This document shows positions 9,985 through 20,700 of a stretch of DNA of 64,000 nucleotides, piece by piece. The translations under genes and the position numbers were made by a program. This DNA is from a virus, in IMG/VR virus record IMGVR_UViG_3300030090_007212, positions 64,001-128,000 of that record; one strand, written 5' to 3'. Under the pieces are notes generated by a model. It saw only the letters and a list, made by a program, of their open reading frames with translations, was not told the origin of the DNA and ran no database searches. Every line of letters begins with the position of its first letter. The first letter of the stretch is position 1.

Positions 9985-11028
9985 TTAATTTGCGTTTTTA
10001 CTAAAATAACTTTTTTCTTTTTTAATAATTCTAAGAAATGGTCTTAAAAAATTTATATAACCATCTCTACCCCCAGGTATTGCCATTGTTAACCCATCTT
10101 CTACCATCATTTTAATAACATTTTTTGTTGTCCTATCTTCCGGATCAATAGGAGTTTCAAATAAGTCATCTAAATATGTTTTAGAAGATTCGGTTAATAA
10201 TGGTTTTTTTAAATCAATAATTTTATCGTTAATATTATAGATATCCTCCCCTTGAATACCTACAGTAACTTTATTGATTATGTTGTCTAATGTTTTCAAT
10301 CTTGTTTTTCTTTCGCTTTGTATTATTTCAATTTTACTAAATATATCTTCCAATGTCAAAGATTGTAGGGTAAATTCGGGAAAATATTTTATTAAAGTTT
10401 TTTCACTCACCCCTTTTATACCTTTAATGTTGTCACTGTTGTCACCAGAGAGGATTTTTAATAGTTTTATATTGCTATAATGATGGTTAAAATTTTCATT
10501 ATAATTTTTAATAGTTACTATTTTTCTTAAATTTATTACATATACACCAATACGTTCATGTAATAATTGTAACATATCTCTATCATTAGTGACTATGACT
10601 ATTTTTTCATCATCTTTAATTTTGGAACAATAATACGCAATTCCATCATCTGCTTCAATAATTTCATCTTGAAATTGTCGAATAAATAGTTCTTCACAAT
10701 ATTGGAATACTCTTTCTTTTTGAATATATAATTCGGGTTCCGAAGGTGGTTGTTGAGTATAGAAATCTTTGTCTCTGTTGGATTTATAATCTTTATAGAT
10801 GTCATACCTTAACCTACCACTAAATATTCCATCCCAGAAGACAAAAACCCTATCATAACGATGTTCATTAATACACTTCCTTAACATAGTTAGGAATTGA
10901 AAAATACCGCCTATATGGGTTTCTTTATAGTAAAGATTTTTCGCTCCATGATAGGCGGTTTTTAATAATGAATCACCATCTACTAATAGGGTGGTTGTAT
11001 ATTTTTTTCTTTTAGTTGGTCTGGACAC
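9985..11028 (-). CDS. 5'-3' exonuclease / flap endonuclease (PolA N-terminal / T4 RNase H-like)
   Basis: 347 aa; 'LLVDGDSL', 'YKSNR', 'EADD', 'NDRDMLQL' and 'GDNSDNIKGIKG' (H3TH motif). Confidence 0.93.
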   Translation of the reverse strand: MSRPTKRKKYTTTLLVDGDSLLKTAYHGAKNLYYKETHIGGIFQFLTMLRKCINEHRYDRVFVFWDGIFSGRLRYDIYKDYKSNRDKDFYTQQPPSEPELYIQKERVFQYCEELFIRQFQDEIIEADDGIAYYCSKIKDDEKIVIVTNDRDMLQLLHERIGVYVINLRKIVTIKNYNENFNHHYSNIKLLKILSGDNSDNIKGIKGVSEKTLIKYFPEFTLQSLTLEDIFSKIEIIQSERKTRLKTLDNIINKVTVGIQGEDIYNINDKIIDLKKPLLTESSKTYLDDLFETPIDPEDRTTKNVIKMMVEDGLTMAIPGGRDGYINFLRPFLRIIKKEKSYFSKNAN

Positions 11029-11060
11029 TTCTCATATTGATTCTAAAAATTAAACAATAG

Positions 11061-12110
11061 TTATTGATCGGCGTATTCCACTGGTGATTCTATAGTATCT
11101 CCTTCTTCAATAGAAAAATCTACTTCTTCACCAACACTGTCAAATACTTGTGACCAATATTCTTTATAATCTGATTTATAAGAATCAATAGACTTCTTAT
11201 CATCTTCTATGAACCCATGTGTGGTAGCTAATATTCTACAATCAGCATAACCTAATCCGTTCATATGATTTTTATGTATGCCTACCTTAGTCCTTACTGC
11301 AAAGTTTACTTTTCTACCTTTGTTAGTCGCATTTAATTTAGATACACCTGAACTTTTCTGATTACCAAATAGAAATACTAACGCACAAGATAAGTAAATT
11401 GATTGTCCTCCTTTAGGTTGGATTCTTGGTTGACTAAAAGGATTATCAGGTAATTCTACCCAAGGTTGGTTAACAAATACCATAGTATTAGTATAAGGAG
11501 CACTTTCTTTACGAGAAGATGTAATTCTTTGTGCCATACCCATACCCCATTTTTCAGAAATAATACGAGCGGTATGTTGATTACCACCTTTACCTTCAAA
11601 ACTCATTTTACAAGGAATTGTCCCTATAGAGTCCCATAAAAATACAATATCATGAGGTATATCCCCATTTTTTTGTGCATCTAATATTTCAGTAACATAA
11701 TCAAATGCTTGTTCTATGTATTCGAATCCCAACCTATATAATAGAAATCCATCCCAAAATGCTTCGATTTCTCCTGTACTTTCATCTACTTCTTCAACAT
11801 ATTCAGTTTCTAATCCCATTTGTTTAGCATGTTCAAAACTAAATTTCTGTTCGGTAATAATAAAAACAGGCAGTATTCCTTTCTTTTGTGCATCTACTGC
11901 GGTTTGGATTAAAGCGGTAGTTTTACCAGTATCGGAATGACCCAATAACATATTAATTTGACCCATTGCTGGTCCTGGTATTCCTGTCGCTTTTTGGAAA
12001 GATTCCCCTAGATCAAAGTATTTTTGTTCTTTATACTTATCACTAGAAGAAAAACGTTTCCGGATACTAGAAAAATCAGTTGATTTCTTTTTTAGAGGTT
12101 TTTTTGCCAT
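11061..12110 (-). CDS. RecA/UvsX-like recombinase
   Basis: 349 aa; Walker A GHSDTGKT, 'WDSIG', 'FVNQ', 'PKGGQS'; located next to the SSB gene. Confidence 0.88.
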   Translation of the reverse strand: MAKKPLKKKSTDFSSIRKRFSSSDKYKEQKYFDLGESFQKATGIPGPAMGQINMLLGHSDTGKTTALIQTAVDAQKKGILPVFIITEQKFSFEHAKQMGLETEYVEEVDESTGEIEAFWDGFLLYRLGFEYIEQAFDYVTEILDAQKNGDIPHDIVFLWDSIGTIPCKMSFEGKGGNQHTARIISEKWGMGMAQRITSSRKESAPYTNTMVFVNQPWVELPDNPFSQPRIQPKGGQSIYLSCALVFLFGNQKSSGVSKLNATNKGRKVNFAVRTKVGIHKNHMNGLGYADCRILATTHGFIEDDKKSIDSYKSDYKEYWSQVFDSVGEEVDFSIEEGDTIESPVEYADQ

Positions 12111-12115
12111 AATGC

Positions 12116-13006
12116 TTAAAATGGTAAGTCGTCAGTTTCTTCATTATCAAGTGGAGTTACATCTACACTATCATCTGTAGTGTCTACAGTAGAAGTAGTA
12201 GTAACATCATCCTTCAATAAATTTATTTCATCTTCCAATGAAGCGGTTTCTGATTCTTCTCTTTCTTCTTCCGCAACATACTTACTTTGTTCTGAATCCC
12301 AAATAGGAGTCATATTTTTTGCAACTATTTCTAAATATTCAGGAGATTTTTTGGCGTAAACATCTCTAAATGTTTCTTCGTTGTTAAACCACTCGTTAGC
12401 TTTGGTGGTATCTTCAGTTAATAGAGTTACATCGTCACACATAATAGAAGTCACAACGCTCCATCCTTTATCATTTCGATTAGTAGTAATAATAATATCT
12501 CTACCTTCTCTAGCATCAGTGATATCACCTTTTAGTTTAAACAAAGGCATTAACTTATCCATAACACCATCACCAGTGTATTTATGTTTAAATCTCCAAA
12601 ATTTAACACCATGATCTTCATTATCTCTATCTATACCTTTTACTACATAAAATTTACGAGGAGTATATTCTCTCGCCATTTCTTTGGCTTTCTTACTACC
12701 CTCCATTAATAAAGCTTCTTTAGCTTCATACAATGGGCAATATTCGCCATCATTTAATTTACTACAGTAAATTTTTTCATATTTACCATTAACTTGTCTT
12801 TCGTAAAAATATACTTCTTGAAAAGGAGAATTACCATCTTTTCCAGGTAAAATCCTAAAAGTTCTGGTAGCACTTTTAACTCCTTTTTGTAGTTTTTCTG
12901 TGAAATACTTTTTTAATCTGTCCTCGTTGGATATTCTACTTCCTTTTGTACTTTTTTCAGTATTTTTCTCATACTGAGATAGTATTGCGTCTAAAGCTTT
13001 ACTCAT
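12116..13006 (-). CDS. T4 gp32-like single-stranded DNA-binding protein
   Basis: 296 aa; 'FRILP', 'CPL', 'GVKFWRF', 'EGRDIII' and an acidic tail ending DDLPF. Confidence 0.85.
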   Translation of the reverse strand: MSKALDAILSQYEKNTEKSTKGSRISNEDRLKKYFTEKLQKGVKSATRTFRILPGKDGNSPFQEVYFYERQVNGKYEKIYCSKLNDGEYCPLYEAKEALLMEGSKKAKEMAREYTPRKFYVVKGIDRDNEDHGVKFWRFKHKYTGDGVMDKLMPLFKLKGDITDAREGRDIIITTNRNDKGWSVVTSIMCDDVTLLTEDTTKANEWFNNEETFRDVYAKKSPEYLEIVAKNMTPIWDSEQSKYVAEEEREESETASLEDEINLLKDDVTTTSTVDTTDDSVDVTPLDNEETDDLPF

Positions 13007-13042
13007 TTTTCTAATTTTTTATGATTAATTAATTTAATTATT

Positions 13043-13073
13043 TAAATATAAGGTACTTTTTTATAAAAGTCAA
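13043..13073 (-). promoter_or_regulatory. Probable host-sigma promoter of the SSB-recA-exonuclease-helicase operon
   Basis: Minus strand reads TTGACT-(17 nt)-TATATTTA, a one-base variant of the Bacteroidota TAnnTTTG element, immediately after a terminator. Confidence 0.55.
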
Positions 13074-13076
13074 TAT

Positions 13077-13116
13077 AAAAAAAAACCTATAATGGTTAAA
13101 TTTACACATTATAGGT
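13077..13116 (-). terminator. Intrinsic terminator after the 13143-13886 gene
   Basis: Inverted repeat ACCTATAATG ... CATTATAGGT flanked by an A-run (U-tract on the minus strand). Confidence 0.7.
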
Positions 13117-13142
13117 CAATTAGTCAAATTAAAAAAATAAGT

Positions 13143-13886
13143 TTATTCTGTTTCATCATTTGCGTCATAATCAAATGATTGCTGTACTTCAGTTTTACTA
13201 TAATCGTTTACGTCTTTTTGAGTAATTATATATTCTTCTTTTTCTTCACTACCTACATCATAACCTTCTTGATCTTTCCAAAAATCAGTTAAAGATACAC
13301 TATAAGGGAATGAATCCATTGATCTCATTTCTAATTGTTCTACAGGAGTTGGGTTTCTCTCCTCTATTTCTTTTTCTAACTCATCTATTTTATCAATAAC
13401 TTGATCCATTCCAGATACTTGCCCTTCTAAATCATTGAATTTTCCTAATAATTCATCCATTTTTGATGTTAAAGCATTAATTTCATTTCTTGTTTCTTCT
13501 GCTTTATCCACAATATCGGTAACTTCTATTTCTACAGTTTCTTCTCCACCTTCATCTGCAAATTCATCTTCTACTTCTAAACCACCTTCATCAGCAAAAG
13601 GATCAGTCTCACCTTCTTCATCAGCCATATCAGCAAAAGGATCTTCCCCTTCTTCTCCTTCAACTTCTTCTCCTTCAACCTCCTCATCAGCCATATCAGC
13701 AAAAGGATCTTCTCCTTCTTCCTCTCCCGGAACAGGATCTTGTTCATTTAATTCTTCTGCCGCACCCAATAATAAATTTTCAACTTCATCATTAGGGTTA
13801 GTAATATCATCTTCCATATAGAAAGTATATTCTAACAATTGCATATGCCGTTTAAGCTCCTCTTTTAATAAATTATCGTTTCCCAT
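13143..13886 (-). CDS. Highly acidic putative prohead core/scaffold-like protein
   Basis: 247 aa; leader with LLKE/LLE/LNEQ, repeated EGEDPFADMADEE, followed by a coiled coil. Confidence 0.6.
   Translation of the reverse strand: MGNDNLLKEELKRHMQLLEYTFYMEDDITNPNDEVENLLLGAAEELNEQDPVPGEEEGEDPFADMADEEVEGEEVEGEEGEDPFADMADEEGETDPFADEGGLEVEDEFADEGGEETVEIEVTDIVDKAEETRNEINALTSKMDELLGKFNDLEGQVSGMDQVIDKIDELEKEIEERNPTPVEQLEMRSMDSFPYSVSLTDFWKDQEGYDVGSEEKEEYIITQKDVNDYSKTEVQQSFDYDANDETE
13618..13712. repeat. 29-bp direct repeat pair encoding EDPFADMADE
   Basis: TCATCAGCCATATCAGCAAAAGGATCTTC at 13618-13646 and 13684-13712; partial third copy at ~13588-13604. Confidence 0.9.
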
Positions 13887-13891
13887 TTTTT

Positions 13892-14074
13892 TTAAATTAA
13901 TAATTGTCTACCATCTGTAGTTTTATAAACTTTAGTAACTCTTTCTACAATTTCTTTTCCATCATTGATAAAGCACTCTTCACCTACACACTCCTTCTCC
14001 TTTTTTTCATTTAAGAAATCATCCAATTTATCTTCTAAATTTTGTTTTTCCTTTTTTTCTTTTTTATTTTCCAT
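13892..14074 (-). CDS. Small hypothetical protein
   Basis: 60 aa; preceded by a TATTTATA element (14090-14097) and packed against the next gene. Confidence 0.75.
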   Translation of the reverse strand: MENKKEKKEKQNLEDKLDDFLNEKKEKECVGEECFINDGKEIVERVTKVYKTTDGRQLLI

Positions 14075-14102
14075 ATCAATGTCTTTAATTATAAATATTC
14101 TA

Positions 14103-14519
14103 TTATTCAGAAAAATTACGATTAATGTCCATTATTACTAAATTTCCATTTTTTACAATTAACATTTTTCCTTGATATTTATCCCAATCTATTTCATGTT
14201 CTTTATAATTAATATTCCCTTTTTCTAAACCTACTTCAGATTCAATTAACTTATTCAAGGCATTAATTGTGTAAAAACATTCTCCTTTTTTATGTACTAT
14301 AATAGTAGTAGGGAAAAAGGATTTTGTATTGATTTTTTTTCCATCTTTTAAATAAACCCTAAATGTTAATATCTGTTTATCCTGTTCTTCTTCTGATGTG
14401 TAGATGAAAATTTTATCTTCGGGGGTTCTAAACCTTTTTTGTAGATATTTTTTGAAACTTTCTACTTTATCATTAAGGACAAACGAAGCTAGGGTTATTA
14501 TCTTCACTGCATTCTCCAT
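14103..14519 (-). CDS. Hypothetical protein
   Basis: 138 aa ORF overlapping the end of the upstream gene. Confidence 0.75.
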   Translation of the reverse strand: MENAVKIITLASFVLNDKVESFKKYLQKRFRTPEDKIFIYTSEEEQDKQILTFRVYLKDGKKINTKSFFPTTIIVHKKGECFYTINALNKLIESEVGLEKGNINYKEHEIDWDKYQGKMLIVKNGNLVIMDINRNFSE

Positions 14520-15105
14520 ATCTATAAATGTAAGGTAGTATTTTATTATTTTTGTTAGTTTTTGTTATTATACTCTTACATTTATTAAATACTTGATTTC
14601 TGATTAAAAGGCTATCAGTTAATTGGTTGATTTTATTAATTATTTTTTGTTTTTTAATACCTATTAATTCCATAATATTTAAATCAACACCAAAAACGAT
14701 GTTTTCATTATAAATATATAACATATTATTGTCACTTATATATGAAATTGATTTATTAAAACTATTAATTTTATTAATAATTTTTTTAATTTTACTCTTT
14801 TTATCATGAATAGGATCAATATATACATAATTTAAATGATTCCCTATATTACTATAACATAGATTTTTAAATATTATAATATCTTCCTCATATTCAACTT
14901 TTCTTTCTTTTGGTGTGAATGTCCAACATAAATTTTCTTTTATTTGTTTATGTAAAATAGACGCTTCGGATATAGTATCCTTAGTAATATCCCACCCTAT
15001 TATTATTGTGGGTAAATTAGGTATAATATCTTCTATAGTAGTAGATACTTTAAATTCTTTTTCGAATTCTATGGGTTGGTGTGTAACTATATTTCCAATA
15101 ATCAT
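14473..15105 (-). CDS. Hypothetical protein
   Basis: 210 aa; has its own TAnnTTTG promoter just upstream. Confidence 0.75.
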   Translation of the reverse strand: MIIGNIVTHQPIEFEKEFKVSTTIEDIIPNLPTIIIGWDITKDTISEASILHKQIKENLCWTFTPKERKVEYEEDIIIFKNLCYSNIGNHLNYVYIDPIHDKKSKIKKIINKINSFNKSISYISDNNMLYIYNENIVFGVDLNIMELIGIKKQKIINKINQLTDSLLIRNQVFNKCKSIITKTNKNNKILPYIYRYGECSEDNNPSFVCP

Positions 15106-15110
15106 AATTA

Positions 15111-15118
15111 CAAATATA
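15111..15118 (-). promoter_or_regulatory. Bacteroidota-type -7 promoter element (TATATTTG)
   Basis: Plus-strand CAAATATA equals minus-strand TATATTTG, 5 nt before the ATG at 15105; matches TAnnTTTG. Confidence 0.65.
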
Positions 15119-15144
15119 AGAATTTTTTTTTAAAAAGTTAATAC

Positions 15145-18100
15145 CTATGCCCTATCGTAAGATATTAAAGGTTTACCCTCATACGAAAAATTACTTAAAA
15201 CGGACTCAAATTTTTCATAAAATTTATCTTTATCCTTTTTTGTAGGACAACTCATTGCACTAGTCCTTTCAAACGTAGTAGAATTACCATCTTCTTTAGC
15301 ATAATCATTACAAGATTTTTTGTTAGCATCTTTAATATCATTCCATACGTAAATTGCGGCACGTAAAGCAATATTAGGTTGAGTACTTACCGCAAAAGGT
15401 GTTAACTTTTGATCTCCTTTATCAAACTTTTTATACTGTTCTTTACCATTTATATAAAAATATCCTCTTTCTCTATATCTAAAAGAATCCCCTATTTGAT
15501 CATTACCACCAACAATTACACCATCTTGGTCTAACTTTTGTTTATCGTTATAAACATCATACACTTTATTTATTTCTAAACCATTAACTACAAAAGAATC
15601 CATTTGTGTTGCACTATAATATTTAGTTTGACCCGAAAATGGGGAGGAATCATCAAATTTAACAATAAAGTTTTCTAAAGAAGGTATATCATCTGCAGAT
15701 TGTTTTTCAGTTTTAGATAGGTTATCTGAATTTACTAATAAATTAGTTAAGAACATAGTTGCTTGACTATTACTTATAATACCATTTTGAATCATAACAT
15801 TACCTAATTCTGTGGCACTTACTCTTTCATTCACTGGAGTTGTCACCCCTAATTCTTGAGTTAATTTTTCTTCAGTTAGTTGATTATACTCAAAATTTAA
15901 TTTTTGTACCTCTTCATCAACACCAATACTATATAAGGGGTCAGTGGTTAAATTATTAGAAAATTCAATAGGAGGTAATTGTAAATCTGCCGTTAAATCT
16001 ATATTTAAGAAGGCAGTAGGTTTATCCACATAACTAGTAATAAATTTAGATTGTCTTACACCACTAAAATTAGTAGACATACTATTTGGTGTAATATTAT
16101 GATTTACGTTGGTTATAAGATATGCACCATTAAAAAATGGGACATTTTGTAAATCAAAATACATAAGTGGTTGGATATTCATACACCCCATAGCATCTAC
16201 TTTACACGTATAAGATCTGGTTTTAAATAACCTTAATAAGTCACTTCCCTGATATGATCTTTGTGTACCACCTTTTTTATCAATAAGATCACTTAATGCT
16301 TTAAAATACTCCGCAGTTTCTCTATGTTCTTGTTGACTTAAAGATACATTTTTAAAAATTGTTTGGTTTTGTGCACCAAACCCAACTTTAAAAGCAACTA
16401 AACTACTATCGGAATTAAAATCACTAGGAATATTCTTATTACTAAACGAAAACCCATCATTAGGATAAGAATAAGTAGTATTCTCCCCAATATCTAATAC
16501 TTCAGAATTACCACCCGCATAAATACAAACATACGCTGGTCCTCTAGACCTATTATTTTCATTAACATTAGTTATTGGTTTAAAAATTTCTGCAACTTCA
16601 ACATTATCTTTATAATTTATAAAAGTAGGTAATATCTGAAATAGAAAATTACTATCCCTCAATATTTTTGCAATAAAAAAATAGATTGAGGTGTTAAGGT
16701 CATTAGATAAACCTAGAATACTATCTAAATTGATAACCGCTTTATCTCCTATATCTGCCCAACCTCTGTCAATAAATTTAAAATAATCAAATAATTCATT
16801 ATTCGCACCACATACTTGTTGTTGTTTATTATCATCTGCCACCCATTTATTATTTACATTCTTAAAGTAATTATAAATTTGTAACTTAATAGAGTTTTCT
16901 GTTGAATTGCTGTTAGTGTTTACTTGTTCCGTTTTATTATCACTACCTTTCTCATTAACTGTTTCTTCAAATGCACTTTTAAATCCTGTTAGATAATCAT
17001 TTATATCATTTATGGTGATATTATTGTTTGGTGTGTTAGGGTCAAAAAATGAAGTAGGTGCAGTTAAAACCACTGAACTTAATTTATTCATTTCATTAAT
17101 GATTTGATTACGTGCAGAGATTTGTTGATCTTCGGATATGGTTAAATCACTACTTTTATATGTTTTAACTAAATTTTCAAAATTTAAAAATCCTTTTGCA
17201 CCTGAACTTAACCCTACCCAATTTTCAAATTTAAATATTAATTCTTGTTGTGTTTTAAAAGGTAAGTTTAATAATTCATTTTCTATGTTAGGGGTTTTAT
17301 CTCCGCTTAACACACCTATTTTATTTATATATTGATTTTTAGGTGAGGAAAGAACATTCCAATTACTTAAAAAGTCATTATTATATCTCGATAATAAACC
17401 ACCAATAAAATATAGATAATAACTTGGTATTTTTATTACTCGTGCGGTTTGATTTTCTTGTTTTAAAACTTCTAATACCTTTTTAAATTTATTGAAAGGT
17501 AAAGTAGATAATAATAATAATGCCCTACCTTTATCATCACTTATATTATTATAAAAATCATTATCTGTTAATAAAGTTTCATATTTTGTTTGATTATTAG
17601 GGGGTAATGTTGGATTTAAAATATTGATGTATTTCCCTTCTGCCTCACTTGGTTCATTACTTATAGTAGTATTAGGTAATGGGTTGGAGTTAGTTATTGT
17701 AGTATTAGGAAGAGGGGACGTAGAAGATACATTGGTGGTAGGGGTAATGTCTTCTGTTGTTATATTTCCCCCATCAATAACTTTTATACTTCTAATATTA
17801 TAATTTTCATTTTTATTATCCGTTGCTATTAATTTATTATTAACCTTATCTAACCAAATATGGTTAAATAAATTGTTAGTAAGATTATTATTATAATAAT
17901 AAGTTTTATAAGTCTTAGAATTTACTTCTTTAGCAACAATCTTTTTATAATCTTTATTATCAGTAATATCTCCCCATAAAGATTTACTGTTATTTACTAT
18001 TGTGGATACACTATTATCTACTATAATATATTGTGATTCTACAATTGGTTTATTGACAACTTCAAAACCGTTATTGATTTTTTTAACCATATTGGTATCA

Positions 18101-20355
18101 GTTGCAGTGGTAACAATATTTTGGAGAGGATCTAATCTGGTTTGAGGATTTGTTTTTAATATATTATTTTCAATATAATCTCTTATTACTTTTGAGAATA
18201 TTGTTAAATTTGCATTTATACCATCTAAAGACCCATATACTGTTAAAGGACTTTTATTATTTATATCTTTATTAAAATTAGAATAATTTTTTATAATATC
18301 AATTCTTTTAATGAATTGACTCACCATTTCTTCATTAATAGTGTTGGTATCATTTAATATGTTTAACCTTAAAAATGGATTAACATCATAATCTAAAGGA
18401 TTCACTGGAAACCAATTGTCAGTATCATTACCCGCAAACCCTGCTGTTGCTTTTGTTATTTCATTTAATTCACTTCTTTTTTTAGTTAAATTTTTAAATA
18501 CATCCTCCACAAATTTAACTTCAGGGAATAAAGAAATATTTGATTTTATTTGTTCATTTTCACCTAAATAAATTTCTATATTACCTTTGTCATCACTAGA
18601 TTGATAAACAGTGGGCCACATAAACTCGTTAAATTTTACAGGTAAATCACTATTTTTTTCACCGAACTCTTTAACAATTAAAGCTTTCCTTTGGTCTTGG
18701 GTATTACTAGAATTAACATTATTTTTTAATTCTTTTAAACATAATAACATTGCATCTGTATTATTACATATAATTCTAAATATATTACGTATAGAGGGGT
18801 TCATCTTTAAATTACCAATTAAGGTTTCATTTAATTTTTTTTGTACCTCTTCTTGTTGTTTTTTTATATTTTCCCTTAAATTAATTAATGTATTTTCTAC
18901 TTGTGATCTAATTTCTCTCAAATCAAAAACAAAAACATTATTAGATAAACTCATGTCTTCTACTCTAGTGTTTTTATTTTGTGGGGTAGAAAAGTATAAT
19001 GTCGGTTGGAATTCTGAGTTTATTAATGGATCTTGAGCAGGTAAAGGACCTTCATTTAAAATACCGCCTGGGGTATTAAATTGAGTGAAAACATTTTCTA
19101 TAGTAATAGATTTATTACCAACCGACCATAAAAATTTTTCATACGATTCTCCTATTTTAAAAGAATCTAATAAAGATTGTTGGCTTTCTTTTGAAATTCC
19201 TCCTTTGTTTCCTTTAACTTGTGATAATTCTTTATTTTTATTTATGAGAAAATCATTATAATCTTTAGTAATATCTTCTAAAGTTGTGAAATATTCTTTT
19301 ATATCTGGTAATCTTATTGAGTTAATTAATAAAAAATCTCTTATAGAAAGATAATCGGATCCTAATACTAATGAATTATCAGTAATTTTACTAGTTTCTA
19401 CCTGCGTAGAATTATTAGTTTGTTTTAAATATTCTGTTGTAGACTCATTATTAATATCTTTAGTTAAAGGTACCCCTATAAATGTTTGTAACCTTTTTAG
19501 TTTCCCAAAAAGTTCATTTAAAGTTTTTAATACTTCAAATTCATCGTTTTTATCTTTAATGTCCTCAAATTCTAATTGTAATTTAGATATTCTTACGAAA
19601 AAATCATCTATTTGTCGAATATCCGTTTCAATAGGTGGTAAGTCCGGATCAATAGCTTCTTGATTATCATAAATTTGATTTAATTTATTAACCCCTATTT
19701 CCGTATTTACCGCACCAATTATATTACCTAATACCATATCTGCTAAAAAAGCCTGCTGAAACCCTACAAAGTTAGCAGTTATATTAAAATCTCCTGTTCC
19801 ACCATCAAAATCTGATGTCCAATTAGTCATATGAAGACAATAATCTACTGTTTTACCAAAATATCCTTTTACAGATAATTTAAAAATAGGATAAGGCATT
19901 TTAAAAAATATACTATATGGTGATTTTCTATTATCATTATCAATAACATCAAATAATGATGCACCTCTCACATCCGTAAAAGTTATATCTACCTGTGGTA
20001 CTAAACTAGCATCATATTTTATATCAATACTTTTTATACCAAACCCTTCTAATATCCCTCTACTATTTGCATCTACAGTACCCCCTATTTTAGTATAATT
20101 GGTAGTTGCATAAGTTTTTTGTGGTGAAGGATCAATCTCCCCTTTAGCGTTATAATTTACTTCAGTCGCAATAAAATTAATTTCACCTATAGTTTCTACC
20201 AAATCACTCCTATTTCTTTCATATGCGGAAAATTTAACATATATAAACATATCTTCAGGTGGAATCATATCCATTCCCGGTGGATTAGGGTCAACTAAAA
20301 ATATATTAGCTGCCACACGTTCAACATTAGATGTATTTGATTGGTTAGTAGGCAT
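15145..20355 (-). CDS. Large baseplate hub-like protein with a C-terminal GH19 (chitinase/lysozyme)-like domain
   Basis: 1736 aa; hub-like signatures ('FGIKSIDI', 'GCMNIQPLMYF.L.NVPFFNGAYLITNVNHNI'); C-terminal 'GDSFRYRERGYFYINGKEQY...AAIYVW' resembles GH19; follows the tape measure, tube-initiator and gp53-like genes. Confidence 0.7.
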   Translation of the reverse strand: MPTNQSNTSNVERVAANIFLVDPNPPGMDMIPPEDMFIYVKFSAYERNRSDLVETIGEINFIATEVNYNAKGEIDPSPQKTYATTNYTKIGGTVDANSRGILEGFGIKSIDIKYDASLVPQVDITFTDVRGASLFDVIDNDNRKSPYSIFFKMPYPIFKLSVKGYFGKTVDYCLHMTNWTSDFDGGTGDFNITANFVGFQQAFLADMVLGNIIGAVNTEIGVNKLNQIYDNQEAIDPDLPPIETDIRQIDDFFVRISKLQLEFEDIKDKNDEFEVLKTLNELFGKLKRLQTFIGVPLTKDINNESTTEYLKQTNNSTQVETSKITDNSLVLGSDYLSIRDFLLINSIRLPDIKEYFTTLEDITKDYNDFLINKNKELSQVKGNKGGISKESQQSLLDSFKIGESYEKFLWSVGNKSITIENVFTQFNTPGGILNEGPLPAQDPLINSEFQPTLYFSTPQNKNTRVEDMSLSNNVFVFDLREIRSQVENTLINLRENIKKQQEEVQKKLNETLIGNLKMNPSIRNIFRIICNNTDAMLLCLKELKNNVNSSNTQDQRKALIVKEFGEKNSDLPVKFNEFMWPTVYQSSDDKGNIEIYLGENEQIKSNISLFPEVKFVEDVFKNLTKKRSELNEITKATAGFAGNDTDNWFPVNPLDYDVNPFLRLNILNDTNTINEEMVSQFIKRIDIIKNYSNFNKDINNKSPLTVYGSLDGINANLTIFSKVIRDYIENNILKTNPQTRLDPLQNIVTTATDTNMVKKINNGFEVVNKPIVESQYIIVDNSVSTIVNNSKSLWGDITDNKDYKKIVAKEVNSKTYKTYYYNNNLTNNLFNHIWLDKVNNKLIATDNKNENYNIRSIKVIDGGNITTEDITPTTNVSSTSPLPNTTITNSNPLPNTTISNEPSEAEGKYINILNPTLPPNNQTKYETLLTDNDFYNNISDDKGRALLLLSTLPFNKFKKVLEVLKQENQTARVIKIPSYYLYFIGGLLSRYNNDFLSNWNVLSSPKNQYINKIGVLSGDKTPNIENELLNLPFKTQQELIFKFENWVGLSSGAKGFLNFENLVKTYKSSDLTISEDQQISARNQIINEMNKLSSVVLTAPTSFFDPNTPNNNITINDINDYLTGFKSAFEETVNEKGSDNKTEQVNTNSNSTENSIKLQIYNYFKNVNNKWVADDNKQQQVCGANNELFDYFKFIDRGWADIGDKAVINLDSILGLSNDLNTSIYFFIAKILRDSNFLFQILPTFINYKDNVEVAEIFKPITNVNENNRSRGPAYVCIYAGGNSEVLDIGENTTYSYPNDGFSFSNKNIPSDFNSDSSLVAFKVGFGAQNQTIFKNVSLSQQEHRETAEYFKALSDLIDKKGGTQRSYQGSDLLRLFKTRSYTCKVDAMGCMNIQPLMYFDLQNVPFFNGAYLITNVNHNITPNSMSTNFSGVRQSKFITSYVDKPTAFLNIDLTADLQLPPIEFSNNLTTDPLYSIGVDEEVQKLNFEYNQLTEEKLTQELGVTTPVNERVSATELGNVMIQNGIISNSQATMFLTNLLVNSDNLSKTEKQSADDIPSLENFIVKFDDSSPFSGQTKYYSATQMDSFVVNGLEINKVYDVYNDKQKLDQDGVIVGGNDQIGDSFRYRERGYFYINGKEQYKKFDKGDQKLTPFAVSTQPNIALRAAIYVWNDIKDANKKSCNDYAKEDGNSTTFERTSAMSCPTKKDKDKFYEKFESVLSNFSYEGKPLISYDRA

Positions 20356-20363
20356 TAAAACTC

Positions 20364-20690
20364 TTAACTTTCACCATATAACCTTTCATACTCATTTACT
20401 GCTTCAATATATTGTTGTAAACTATCTCTAAAAGGATATGGTATTCTTATTATTTCATTATCAGGAATATTTTCTTCCACACCACCATATTGGGGATTGG
20501 CTAACATAATTAACCACCCATGATAGGGATTATCATAATATTGTTGACTTAATTTATCCATTCTTGTTCTTTGAGAATGGTAAACTACTGTCTTATCACT
20601 TTGTTTTGGTGTTATTTTTATAAAAGGTATCATAGTATAACCACCATCCACTTTAAATCTTTGATATCTATCGTAATATTCCTTTGACAT
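20364..20690 (-). CDS. Baseplate gp53 / LysM-like (tail X) protein
   Basis: 108 aa; 'RMDKLSQQYYDNPYHGWLIMLANP...IIRIP'. Confidence 0.8.
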   Translation of the reverse strand: MSKEYYDRYQRFKVDGGYTMIPFIKITPKQSDKTVVYHSQRTRMDKLSQQYYDNPYHGWLIMLANPQYGGVEENIPDNEIIRIPYPFRDSLQQYIEAVNEYERLYGES

Positions 20691-20700
20691 AGTATTTTAT

